DNA of 32,000 nucleotides from a cyanobacterium endosymbiont of Epithemia turgida isolate EtSB Lake Yunoko (GCF_000829235.1 NZ_AP012549.1:870001-902000), one strand, 5' to 3'; numbered from the stretch's first letter, positions 19,693 through 29,179 are shown. Notes: a model not told the origin generated them from the letters alone. Numbers and translations are program-made.

Positions 19693-20327
19693 AACTAATA
19701 ATCTAAGCAATCGAAAGATAGAAAGTAAAGATACTTCCTTTTCCTAATTCGCTTGTGACCTCTATTTTTTTCCCTTGTAGTTCTACTAGACGGCGGGTAA
19801 TAGCTAGTCAAATCCCTGCTCCTTCAGCATGACGTGCTCTAGATTTATCTGCACGCCAAAATCTTTCAAAGACATAGGGTAAATTTTTAGAATTAATACC
19901 AATTCCTGTATCAATGACAGATATAAAAACTCGGTGATTATCGCAGCAAGCTTTAACAGTAATTAGTCCTTTTTCAGTGTAAAGAATAGCGTTTCCTAAT
20001 AAATTCATTAAAATCTGTTCAGTGCGATCTCTATCTCCCGAGAATAAGGGTAAATCTTTAGAAGAGTCTAATTTAATTATTGGACCACTCTCAAGAATTT
20101 GAGCAGAAAATCTTTCTACTAAAGTGATTAAAATCGGTATATTTGACAAATACCCCGCTTCGGCTTGAGAAAGTTCTTGAATATCTTGAATTAATCGCTC
20201 TAAACGTCTTGTCTCTTTAAGTAATTTTAAATACAGTTCTGGAAAGAAGTCAATGGATTTATCAGCTAATTTTTATAAGTATCCTCTAACTACTGTTAAA
20301 GGAGTTCTTAATTCATGGATTAAATCG
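19693..20327 (-). pseudogene. histidine kinase remnant (HisKA + HATPase_c only, N-terminally truncated, two in-frame stops)
   Basis: The frame starts at the pyrB stop codon and reads (S)DLIHELRTPLTVVRGYL*KLADKS...RLERLIQDIQELSQAEAGYL...GDRDRTEQILMNLLGNAILYT...ISVIDTGIGINSKNLPYVFERFWRADKSRARHAEGAGI*LAITRRLVELQGKKIEVTSELGKGSIFTFYL. H, N, D/G1 and G2 boxes are recognisable. A TAA sits after the H-box and a TGA replaces a glycine of the G2 box (GxGLGLAI). No sensor or TM region is present. Confidence 0.85.
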
Positions 20328-21311
20328 CTAACTATTCAATGTTCCAATCAAATATAATAAGGCCATTCGCACAGCGATTCCATTTGTAACCTGTTGTTGA
20401 ATCAAACTAAACTCTTGATCGTCGATCAAGTCAGAACTTATTTCTACTCCTCGATTAACTGGACCTGGATGAAGAACCTTGACCTTAGGTTTACATAACT
20501 TAAGACGATCACGGGTAATACCATAATATTGATGATACTCTCGTAAACTGGGTAATAAATTATCTGTCATTCGTTCTTGTTGTAAGCGCAAAGTTATAAC
20601 AAAGTCAGCTTCAATTAAGGCCGATTCAATGTCCCAATGTAAACATAATTGATCGCTTTCCAATTTTGTCACCATCTGGAGAAAAGATTTGGGAACCAAT
20701 GTAGGGGGTCCGGCTATATAAACCTGGGCCCCAGCTTTGGTTAAACTCCAAATGTTAGAACGGGCAACCCTTGAATGTAGAATATCTCCTACGATGGCAA
20801 TTTTTTTGCCTTTTAACAGTTCTATTCTAGGGTTATCAAGATCAAGTAAAGAACATAAAGTAAATAAATCTAATAATCCTTGGGAAGGATGTTCATGTTG
20901 ACCATCTCCTCCATTGAGAACACAGACACCTGTTTCTAAAAAGTCCATTTCTGCTGCAATCGCTTGAGGAACGCCGGCTTGTTTGTGGCGAACAACCATA
21001 ATATCCGTTCCCATCGCTAGATAAGTTTTAGCTGTATCCAAAATTGTCTCCCCTTTTGTCAAAGAAGAACTTTCAGGAGAAAAATTAAGTATGTCTGCCG
21101 AAAGACGTTTGGCAGCTAATTCAAAACTACTGCGGGTACGGGTAGAAGGTTCAAAAAACATATTGGTCACCACCTGTCCCTGAAGGGCTGGAACCTTTTT
21201 AGTGCGTCGAGATAAAACTTCCCGGAAACTAGAGGCAGTTTGTAAAAGGATATCGTATTCCTCAATCATCCAATCAGCCAACCCTAAAATATGATTTCGA
21301 GTCCAATTCAT
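20328..21311 (-). CDS. pyrB: aspartate carbamoyltransferase catalytic subunit
   Basis: 327-aa ORF with [44 protein letters not shown] and [11 protein letters not shown]. Confidence 0.95.
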   Translation of the reverse strand: MNWTRNHILGLADWMIEEYDILLQTASSFREVLSRRTKKVPALQGQVVTNMFFEPSTRTRSSFELAAKRLSADILNFSPESSSLTKGETILDTAKTYLAMGTDIMVVRHKQAGVPQAIAAEMDFLETGVCVLNGGDGQHEHPSQGLLDLFTLCSLLDLDNPRIELLKGKKIAIVGDILHSRVARSNIWSLTKAGAQVYIAGPPTLVPKSFLQMVTKLESDQLCLHWDIESALIEADFVITLRLQQERMTDNLLPSLREYHQYYGITRDRLKLCKPKVKVLHPGPVNRGVEISSDLIDDQEFSLIQQQVTNGIAVRMALLYLIGTLNS

Positions 21312-21573
21312 GTTAGTCGGTTTAATTTAGATAAATTGTGAATTCTGACTGAGATGCGAGGAAGCAACCAATCAACCAATCAATAACTATGCTACTGTAT
21401 TGTATTCGCTCACTCTACTAATCTTTCCTAAGAAGAGTCTTAAAAAATATTCAACTTAACAGTTGAATATTTTTAAAACTCCCTACAGACTTTGATAATC
21501 GAAACAGTTAAAATTACAGAAGCTTAAAACCTCTCTTGTATTTTTCAAAAAAATTATCAATAGTCAATATATA

Positions 21574-22218
21574 ATGATATTCACAGATACCTTGCCTACA
21601 CTCCTGTTAGCTTTAGTCTTGAGTTGTTTATCTTTGTCACCAGTGTTGTCCGAAGACACCGTAAATTTAACAGAAATTAAACCGAGCAATCGCTCCTTAA
21701 TATCTCCAGAAACAGGGGTAGACTATACACCCCTACAAGATCGTTTACAACAACAACAATGGCAGGAGGCTAACGAAACTAGCACCTACCTAATACTTAA
21801 AGCTGTGAATCGAGACGAACAAGGATGGATGTCTGGTAAAGATATGCTCCAATTGGCTTGTTGGGACTTAAAAACCCTTGATGGTTTATGGAAAGAATAT
21901 TCCCAAGGAAAATTTGGCTTTAGCGTTCAATTTCCTATCTTTATTGACACTGGAAATAAACCTGGAAAATTAGTAGCGAGTTATTTCTATGACGATTTTG
22001 GGACGCGAGTAGGATGGCGTAAAGACGATCAATGGATCGCCTTCAAACACAACTTAATTTATAGTTTAGATGCTCCGATTGGTCATCTTCCAAACCCCCG
22101 ATCAGAATACCAAATTACTGGAGGGCAACTGAACTATACAGCCCTAACCCAAAGGATGGTAGAGTGTAGAATTGTTTCTCCTACTTTTCCGAGAAGACAG
22201 ACTTACAACTCTAACTAA
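21574..22218 (+). CDS. GUN4-domain protein with a hydrophobic N-terminal segment
   Basis: 214-aa ORF. The C-terminal ~150 aa follow the GUN4 core pattern: GVDYTPLQDRLQQQQWQEANETS..., LACWDLKTLDGLWKEYSQGKFGFSVQ, VGWRKDDQW and LDAPIGHLP. The N-terminus MIFTDTLPTLLLALVLSCLSLSPVLSEDT looks like a signal peptide or membrane anchor. Confidence 0.72.
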   Translation: MIFTDTLPTLLLALVLSCLSLSPVLSEDTVNLTEIKPSNRSLISPETGVDYTPLQDRLQQQQWQEANETSTYLILKAVNRDEQGWMSGKDMLQLACWDLKTLDGLWKEYSQGKFGFSVQFPIFIDTGNKPGKLVASYFYDDFGTRVGWRKDDQWIAFKHNLIYSLDAPIGHLPNPRSEYQITGGQLNYTALTQRMVECRIVSPTFPRRQTYNSN

Positions 22219-22492
22219 ACGATTATCCTAGTCTAAGAAAGTACAATAAGCTCGAGACTCAAAAATTTTGAAAATTTACAAATATCCCTTCCTTATTATA
22301 CCTAAACAATTTTGAACAAAAAATTAATATAGAAATGACAACAATCTAGTTCAAATACTTTGAAAATTACTAAAAAACTTTCTAATTCTATTCTTGCCGA
22401 TAATAGCCTATGGCTCAGATGAACAACAAGCTACAGGTCTTAGGGCTAATTTCTGTTAAACTCTAAACCCTACAATAGGTTATCCTAGTCTC

Positions 22493-22928
22493 TAGTCGCA
22501 CCAGTGGAAGTATTTATTGTCAAGATTTTTACTAAAAAAGAGGATATCCTTCGTTAAGGATAAGCCTCAGTGGAAATACAACCTCTCTAAGAGAAAGAGG
22601 ATGTAAGAGCTGCTATCGGATGCTTGAATGTTGCTAAAGCAGAGTTACGGATTGCTGAAGCTAGCTGCTAAAGCGTAATTATGACAACGGAAAGCTGAGT
22701 GAGTTTCAAGGTTGACGTATAACCGAAGCTAATTTAATGTTAGCTGAGATCAATTGTGATCGACCACAATTGATCTCAGCTAACGATATGGTTCCTCAAG
22801 AAGACTTGAACGATAAAATCTGCACTTTAAACGCTACAAAAGTTCAATTAGACTCCATAATTAAAACCTGTGATGCTGGCAAAGAATATCTCAATGCTGC
22901 TATCCAAAATCTACTAGCCTTTTTTTAG
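22493..22928 (+). pseudogene. remnant of an HlyD/DevB-type membrane-fusion (periplasmic adaptor) protein, N-terminal part only
   Basis: Broken frames read VAPVEVFIVKIFTKKEDILR*G*ASVEIQP (lipoyl-like xAPVxGxIxKIxVKEGDxVKKGQxLxELD block). Coiled-coil-type sequence follows: AAIGCLNVAKAELRIAEAS..., then ...QLISANDMVPQEDLNDKICTLNATKVQLDS (LxxxGAISxQELDxxxxxLxxAxAQL pattern). There are many stops and only about 145 codons remain. Track ORF 22737-22928 is its last open piece. Confidence 0.5.
22739..22784. repeat. 46-bp perfect palindrome (20-bp arms, 6-nt spacer)
   Basis: The sequence is GTTAGCTGAGATCAATTGTG-ATCGAC-CACAATTGATCTCAGCTAAC. I verified it base by base. It lies inside the membrane-fusion-protein remnant. 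Confidence 0.95.
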
Positions 22929-24446
22929 AAGTTAAACTAAGTTTTAGCCAATATGGATAGTCGATAATTCGTTGTATATCAAGCCTAATGAAAATCAGGA
23001 GCAACTAACCAGTTAAACCTTAGTCTATAATTTTCTTTATGCTCCCATTAATGGGATGTCAGGAAGTTTAAATCAAAAATAAATGGGAGATAACGTTGAT
23101 CTTAGCGAAGTGATTACTCCCATCACAGATAATTAAATTTTTAATCTTAATGTTGTTTTACTGCCAAAAATTTTAATTTATTGCGTTCAGAGTTCAGTAC
23201 TTCCTATAGGAATTATTAATCCTAATGGAATAACGGAAGTGGATGGAAAAATTCCTTATATTGTTCTTTTGGTAAACTGAAATATCCAGACTGTTCAAGT
23301 TAAAATTACCTTGCACAAAAATAGCAGTTTACGAGATCAATAATATGTACAGGTAAAAGTAATGGAAAATCTAAAACTTAGGGGTTTAGTCGATGTTATT
23401 ACAATGAACAATTTAGATAAACACAAACTTGTTTTAATTGCTCAGCTTGGAGTATCAAAAGATAGAAAAACATACCTAATGACTAAATAAATTTTGCTTA
23501 AAATAATTGTTATTCAAAATTACTTTTATAAAACAACAAATATTTACCTTTTTAAGGTTGTGGGTTTACTTATATAAAATGCAGATAGTAATTTTTTTTT
23601 AAAAATGGCATCAGTGTTATTTTCACAATAGTTAGTTTATCTAGAGACGATTATCATCTAAGGATATATAAGCGTTCATGTTTGAAAACTTAAAAAACTA
23701 ATATCACTCATATGAATTTGATATTTTAGTCATTCTAAAGGAAAATTAATTTTTGTAGTAATTTTGTAGCAATTTGATTATCATTAGTGATGTTAACAGT
23801 AACAATAAAAAAAACATTAATATTTTATTACTTATTTTCTAGTCTTTTCTTAGCCTAATACACACTTACACATTACTTTTTTTAGTAAAAGTATAGTAAC
23901 AAGTATTTTGAATAACTTATTTTCTATTAAAATCAGACTTTATATATTAGAAATATTTAAAACCTACGGCTAGAAATAATTGTTAATATTGAATAATATC
24001 CTTGAATTTAAATTCAAAGAATATTTAATTAGTTTAAAAACCTATATTTTATAAATGTAGGATATCTTGTCTTTTTTTTTAAAAAAAATAAAATTTTTTA
24101 TTTTTATCTGTTTTCTCTTTGACACAAGATTTAAACTAACAAAAAAAATAAATAAAATTTTAAAAAATGATAACTAAGAATAGATTATTTTTTATAAAAA
24201 AAAAATTTATTGGATACAGTAAGTTAATTTAATTCGGTTATTAATTTTTTTTTATATTTTAAAATAGCGAAAAATTGATGTGTGTGTCATTATCTTTTTG
24301 AAGTATTTTTAGTTCCACGGGGCGGACCTATGGTTTTTATTTTTTATAGAGGAGATCTCATAAACTCTAATCTCTAACCTCTGACATTAAGTTATATTAA
24401 GGAATAATCAAACTTAGTTTAAGCAACCCCATAATATTGAATCATT

Positions 24447-25640
24447 ATGAATAAGCAAGCATTACGCATCTGTATTTTGGGGGGAGGTTTTAGTGGTCTA
24501 TATACTGCCTTACGTTTGAGTCAGTTTCCTTGGACAGATGGACATTCTCCTGAAATCATCCTAATTGATCAAAACGATCACTTTCTGTTTACCCCTCTAC
24601 TCTATGAATTAATTACTGGAGAGATGCAATCTTGGGAAATTGCCCCTTACTTTGAAGAATTATTGACTAATACGAGAATTCGTTTTCACCAAGGTTGTGT
24701 CACCGCAATTAATATCGAAACCAAACACATCGAGTTAGACAATCTTCATAGTTTATCCTACGATAAATTAGTCCTGGCAATGGGGGGAAAAGCACCCTTA
24801 GAGCAGGTATTAGGGTCAAACAATTATGGCATCTCCTTTCGGAGTCTCCAAGATGTCTATCACATCAAAGAAAGGTTGCGTTTACTAGAAGTCGCCCAAG
24901 CTAAAAAAATTCGTATCGCTGTAGTAGGTGGTGGTTGTAGTGGGGTAGAACTTGCTTGTAAGCTCGCAGACCATCTAGGAAAAATAGGAAGAATACGCTT
25001 AGTAGAACGGGGAAAAAAAATTGTAAGTAATTCTCCTGAATTTAACTTCAAGGCAGTTCAAGATGCCTTAGAAAAACGAAAAGTTTGGATTGATTTGGAA
25101 ACAGAAGTTAGTGAAATTACTCGTGATAGCCTATCCCTCTGTTATAAAGGTCGAATAGATACTATTCCCGTCGATTTAGTTATTTTTACTGTGGGAACTC
25201 AAATGTTAGACTGGATAAAAGACCTTCCCTTAAAACACAGTGAACAAGGGTTGATTACGGTCAACCCAGAATTACAGGTTATAGATCATCCTGAAATCTA
25301 TGCGCTGGGTGATTTAGCCGACTGTAAAGATGCAACCGGACAACAAATCCCCCGAACGGCCCAAACAGCCTTTCAACAATCTGACTATTGTGCTTGGAAT
25401 CTTTGGGCTTCTATTACCCGACGTCCCTTGCTACCCTTTCGTTATCAAGTATTAGGAGAACTGTTGGTTCTAGGGATTAATAATGCTACTTTCAATGGGT
25501 TAGGAATAGAACTTGATGGACCATTAGCTTATCTAACTCGACGATTAATTTATCTGTATCGTCTTCCCACTTTTAAACATCAACTGAGTGTAGGATTAAG
25601 TTGGATGATTAGACCTCTTGTAGAAGCGTTATCAGATTAG
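24447..25640 (+). CDS. type-2 NAD(P)H dehydrogenase / FAD-dependent pyridine-nucleotide-disulfide oxidoreductase (NDH-2, NdbB-like size)
   Basis: 397-aa ORF with two dinucleotide-binding motifs (ICILGGGFSGLYTA and IAVVGGGCSGVELA), LFTPLLYE, and IYALGDLAD near the C-terminal third. Confidence 0.85.
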   Translation: MNKQALRICILGGGFSGLYTALRLSQFPWTDGHSPEIILIDQNDHFLFTPLLYELITGEMQSWEIAPYFEELLTNTRIRFHQGCVTAINIETKHIELDNLHSLSYDKLVLAMGGKAPLEQVLGSNNYGISFRSLQDVYHIKERLRLLEVAQAKKIRIAVVGGGCSGVELACKLADHLGKIGRIRLVERGKKIVSNSPEFNFKAVQDALEKRKVWIDLETEVSEITRDSLSLCYKGRIDTIPVDLVIFTVGTQMLDWIKDLPLKHSEQGLITVNPELQVIDHPEIYALGDLADCKDATGQQIPRTAQTAFQQSDYCAWNLWASITRRPLLPFRYQVLGELLVLGINNATFNGLGIELDGPLAYLTRRLIYLYRLPTFKHQLSVGLSWMIRPLVEALSD

Positions 25641-25718
25641 TTGATTAAAAAAGAAAACAAAAGTATGTAAAGTCAAAAAAAGGAGTTAAAAGATAATATT
25701 CCCAAATAAATTAAGATT

Positions 25719-26121
25719 ATGAAATCTGCTCGAATTTTAGTAGTAGAAGATAAAGCAAAATTGACTTAGTTTATCGAGTTAACATTTCAAGTATGAGAGT
25801 TATGCGATTACTATGACTAATAATTGGTTATCAAAATCAACTTTCGCTAGAAAAGGTGATCTAGCTTCTCATTTTATTTAATAGGATGTTACCGAACATC
25901 TCAGACCCTGAAATCTATAAACGCTTATGTTCTATCTCCTCTATCTTTGCCAAATTATTATTAGAGAGAAAATTATCGAAAGGGTATAGGATCCCAATTT
26001 TGTGGAAAACCCGAATATTATTGAAGTCTATATTCGTTACCTAATCCTAAAATTGGAAGTCCAAAAAGAACTTTGACTAATTCAAACTGTTTGAGGGATA
26101 GGCTATGTTTTGCTGAACTAA
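25719..26121 (+). pseudogene. OmpR-family response regulator, heavily degraded
   Basis: The remnant reads MKSARILVVEDKAKLT*FIELTFQV*..., then broken receiver-domain debris. A clear winged-helix C-terminus follows: PNIIEVYIRYLILKLEVQKEL*LIQTV*GIGYVLLN* (compare NVIDVYIRYLRxKLE....LIQTVRGVGYxL). In-frame TAG/TGA codons are present. About 134 codons remain of about 230 expected. Confidence 0.85.
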
Positions 26122-26171
26122 AGGAATTTTTAAAAAATTTTACAAAATAAATGACACAAGTAAGTTAGGTT

Positions 26172-26717
26172 TTGCTAGAATTACAGGCGGTCATTCAGCT
26201 TAAGATAGAATCTTTGAGTAAAGCAATAGAGATTCCCAACCTAGATATATTGGCGCAAGAGCTAGCCGCTATCCAACAGACAGGTTCCAAACGGATTGCC
26301 CTATTAGGTTCGCGCCACGTTCCCATCACTCATCAACAACTGATTGAGATGATGACCTATGCCCTAGTTTTAGGAGGCAATCGTCTTATGACATCCGGGG
26401 CGACAGGAAGCAATGCAGCCGCTATTAAAGGGGCAATGAGAGCTAATCCGAACCTCTTGACGGTTATTCTTCCCCAAAGCCTTCGATGCCAACCTAAAGA
26501 GTCCCGCGATCAATTACAAAAGGTTATTCATTTGGTGGAAAATCCGGAAAATGACGGGCTATCCTTGAGACAAGCAAGTTCTCTGTGTAATCTAGAGATT
26601 ATTTCTCGTTGCCAACAGTTGATTTGCTTTGCCTTTCACGACAGCCATACTCTTCTCCAAACTTGTCAAGAGGCTGAAGGGCAGCGTAAGCTAGTTACAT
26701 TATTCTATTTTGATTAG
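26172..26717 (+). CDS. conserved Rossmann-like protein (DprA/SLOG-like, recalled as a cyanobacteria/plastid-lineage family)
   Basis: 181-aa ORF with coding-like composition: KRIALLGSRHVPITHQQLIEMMTYALVLGGNRLMTSGATGSNAAAIKGA...LTVILPQSL. There is no upstream ATG, so the TTG at 26172 is only the longest possible start. The family name is from memory and uncertain. Confidence 0.6.
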   Translation: MLELQAVIQLKIESLSKAIEIPNLDILAQELAAIQQTGSKRIALLGSRHVPITHQQLIEMMTYALVLGGNRLMTSGATGSNAAAIKGAMRANPNLLTVILPQSLRCQPKESRDQLQKVIHLVENPENDGLSLRQASSLCNLEIISRCQQLICFAFHDSHTLLQTCQEAEGQRKLVTLFYFD

Positions 26718-28102
26718 CTAAAAGAACGCTGTTCTGATATAAGAGTTGTAATTTCTTAAAGATGATCTCAACTCTGCTCGGTGCTTAAACTGAGCCGGAC
26801 TCTTTAGTGACATTCCACCTCTGGGTTCTCGATGGAGATGTTTATAATTTAAGCTCTTTCGTTGACATAGAGAATTCTAGTAGTGGTACAGAGAGAACCC
26901 CTGTTACCAGGTAGTTCAATGGGGAGTATGTCAACATAGAGATTGGATTATTGTCCTAACTCTTTCTTTGTCGCAACTAATGCTCGTTGGCAAGTTATTA
27001 CAAGAGATCAGTTAAACCAGTAGATAAATATTGCTAAAATAGATAAATTTAAGTAATTTATAGCAAACTCCCTAAAACCCATAAAAATTTTTATTCAACG
27101 GATTAGTTGAAGTAGAATTTTATGTTTACTCAACACAATTTTTTTATGAAATAAAATAATAGCTTTAATAGGCATTTAAACAAAAATTAATGGGTCATTA
27201 ACAAAAAACTTGATTTACTCATTGTTCCGGCGAGAGAACATTATTGCAGACAGTTCAGCAATGGTCTTGCAGCTCCCCCTATTTGAGAGCTAACATTGAG
27301 TATACTCATCTCTAAAAAAATTGCTACTGTCTAGAGTCGCATTAAATGTTTCTTTCAAGTAGAAGTTACTTCTTCGCTTGAGGATTGATTTTTTAGTCTT
27401 ATTGTGTAAGTAGCAGGAAACCTCATCTGATGATTGGAAAGCTAACGTAATAAAAAATAATTTTCCAGGTATTATATTCGAGCGATGAGGAGTAGAGTAT
27501 GGTTTGCTTTAGCAAAATTAACTACTTTAAGTTATGGACATACACTATTACCAAAATAAAGAAGACAATTACAAGTTTGTAAGTATTAAAATTATTATGG
27601 TTGATTTGTCCTCCTTGAAAGCAATTATTGCTAAAGTTTTAAGGCTTTTAATCTCTAAAGAAATCGTTGACTTTTTAAATCAAGGTTAAGATATTCAAGG
27701 CAAGCAAATGGCAATTGTTGCTGAAAGCACAAAAAAAATGAGTCAAATATCACGAAGCACAGTTATTACCATCTTCCAATTCAGAACAGTCCGTTGATTA
27801 TTTAAAATTAGGTCAGGTATAAGCGGTTATATTCGATCTTTCTACCCTAAAATACTATTCATCAGTTGCTGCTGCTAAGGATTGTGGGTGAAGAGTATCT
27901 TTCTTGATAATTAAACATTTGATAAGTTAATGATTTAAATATTATCATCATACAGTCAAAAAAGACTATAAGAAATTATTCAAAAGTAAATTTAAAGACA
28001 TGAACAAGTTGATAATTTAGATTCCAACAATCTAAACTTTTTTGTCAATTAATTTAAGAACAGCAAGGTTTAATAAAGAATGCTTTAATATCAAGATGTT
28101 AA

Positions 28103-29179
28103 TTATCGATGTCTGGGGGGGCGTAATGCAGGAAAAAGACGAATTGGACCTAAAATCTGGTTTAGTTCCCGTAATTGTTCAGGGGTTCCCATACAAATTA
28201 GTAAATCTCCAGCAAGTAATAGAGTATCTCCTGTAGGACCGCCTAAAAGGTCTCCATCAGACCGGCGAATCGCTAACACTAATGCCCCCGATTTTGACCT
28301 TAATCTAGCTTCACTGAGAGTTTTTCCTACACAAGGACAAAATTGTGGATCGAGCAGGAATTCTTCCATGTAAAATGTGCGCTCAGTTCCTGTTAAAATC
28401 CCATCTACAAAGTCCATCACTTGGGGACGCAAAGCCGCTGCTGCTAAGCGTTTTCCTCCTGTAATATAGGGAGATACCACCGCATCAGCTCCAGCCCGTT
28501 GTAATTTTAGAAGAGCTTCTTCTGTGCTGGCACGAGCTATCGCCCGAATATTAGGATTTAGAGTTTTTGCTGATAGAACAGTGTAAAGATTTTCTGCGTC
28601 AGAGGTTAAGGCCGACACAATACAGGCAGCTTTATCGATTTTTGCACTTATAAGACATTCATCGAGGGTCGCATCCCCTTGAATCACTATGTAGCCTAGT
28701 TGTTTAGCTTCTTCCAATTGCTCGGTACGCGAATCAATAATTACAAATGGAATGTCTTCTGCGGTAAATTCTACAGCTACCTGACGAGCAGTACGTCCAT
28801 AACCGCAGACTATACAATGATGTTCTAACGTATCAATCAAGCGTTTCTCCTGTCGTTGTTTAATTCCTTCTTGAAAATATCCTTGAATTAATGCTTCGGT
28901 TAGACGATTAACAATATAACCAATGGTGATTAATCCCATCAAGATCAGGACAATAGTAAATAATCGCGAGCGATCCTGGAGAGGATGAATTTCTGAAAAT
29001 CCTACTGTAGATAGGGTAATCATGGTCATATAGGCTGAATCAATAACAGACCATTTTTCGACTAATAAATACCAAATGGTTCCCAGTCCAAAGACTCCTC
29101 CTAACGCCAACGCCCCAAACAATAACTCCTTTTGTAAACGTCGATATTTATCTTGAAATGAGTATAGTGTCATCTCCAT
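28103..29179 (-). CDS. two-TM potassium-channel-type protein with a cytoplasmic RCK (TrkA-N + TrkA-C) domain
   Basis: 358-aa ORF. The order is TM1 (LLFGALALGGVFGLGTIWYLL), pore helix plus filter (SAYMTMITLSTVGFSEI) and TM2 (LFTIVLILMGLITIGYIV). A Rossmann CIVCGYGRTARQVA and a C-terminal TrkA-C-like domain (LSEARLRSKSGALVLAIRR) follow. Confidence 0.85.
   Translation of the reverse strand: MEMTLYSFQDKYRRLQKELLFGALALGGVFGLGTIWYLLVEKWSVIDSAYMTMITLSTVGFSEIHPLQDRSRLFTIVLILMGLITIGYIVNRLTEALIQGYFQEGIKQRQEKRLIDTLEHHCIVCGYGRTARQVAVEFTAEDIPFVIIDSRTEQLEEAKQLGYIVIQGDATLDECLISAKIDKAACIVSALTSDAENLYTVLSAKTLNPNIRAIARASTEEALLKLQRAGADAVVSPYITGGKRLAAAALRPQVMDFVDGILTGTERTFYMEEFLLDPQFCPCVGKTLSEARLRSKSGALVLAIRRSDGDLLGGPTGDTLLLAGDLLICMGTPEQLRELNQILGPIRLFPALRPPRHR

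Noticed and set aside
21443-21474. A 13-bp inverted repeat (AAAAATATTCAAC-TTAACA-GTTGAATATTTTT) between divergent pyrB and the GUN4 gene, as a regulatory site or terminator.
   Set aside because: A stem this long in A/T-rich sequence is near chance expectation (roughly 0.3 per window by my estimate), and a terminator between divergent promoters makes little sense. The 12-bp stems at 1031-1056 and 30850-30889 and the 9-bp palindrome at 29546-29564 are also not significant.
3807-25783. Dispersed exact word matches as evidence of a repeat family. These are AGTTTATCGAGTTAAC (3807-3822 and 25768-25783), TAGCTGTCTAATT in inverted orientation flanking fabZ (about 4522 and about 5721), ATTTAAATTCAAAGAA (about 9063 and about 24008), and TTGCTGCTG motifs in the spacers.
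   Set aside because: Rough expectation for 13-16-mer coincidences in 32 kb of this skewed composition is well above one. The flanks do not extend the similarity. The first pair is better explained by both encoding the same FIELT motif.
18045-26121. Possible stop-codon reassignment. Many in-frame TGA codons in otherwise recognisable genes fall at conserved Gly (HK G2 box), Arg (TVRGVGY) and Trp (NEDWW) positions.
   Set aside because: The TGAs replace different amino acids, each one substitution from TGA (GGA, CGA/AGA, TGG). They co-occur with TAA/TAG stops, frameshifts and large deletions in the same genes. Intact genes have no internal TGA, and rpsF terminates with TGA at the expected C-terminus. 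This is pseudogene decay, not recoding.
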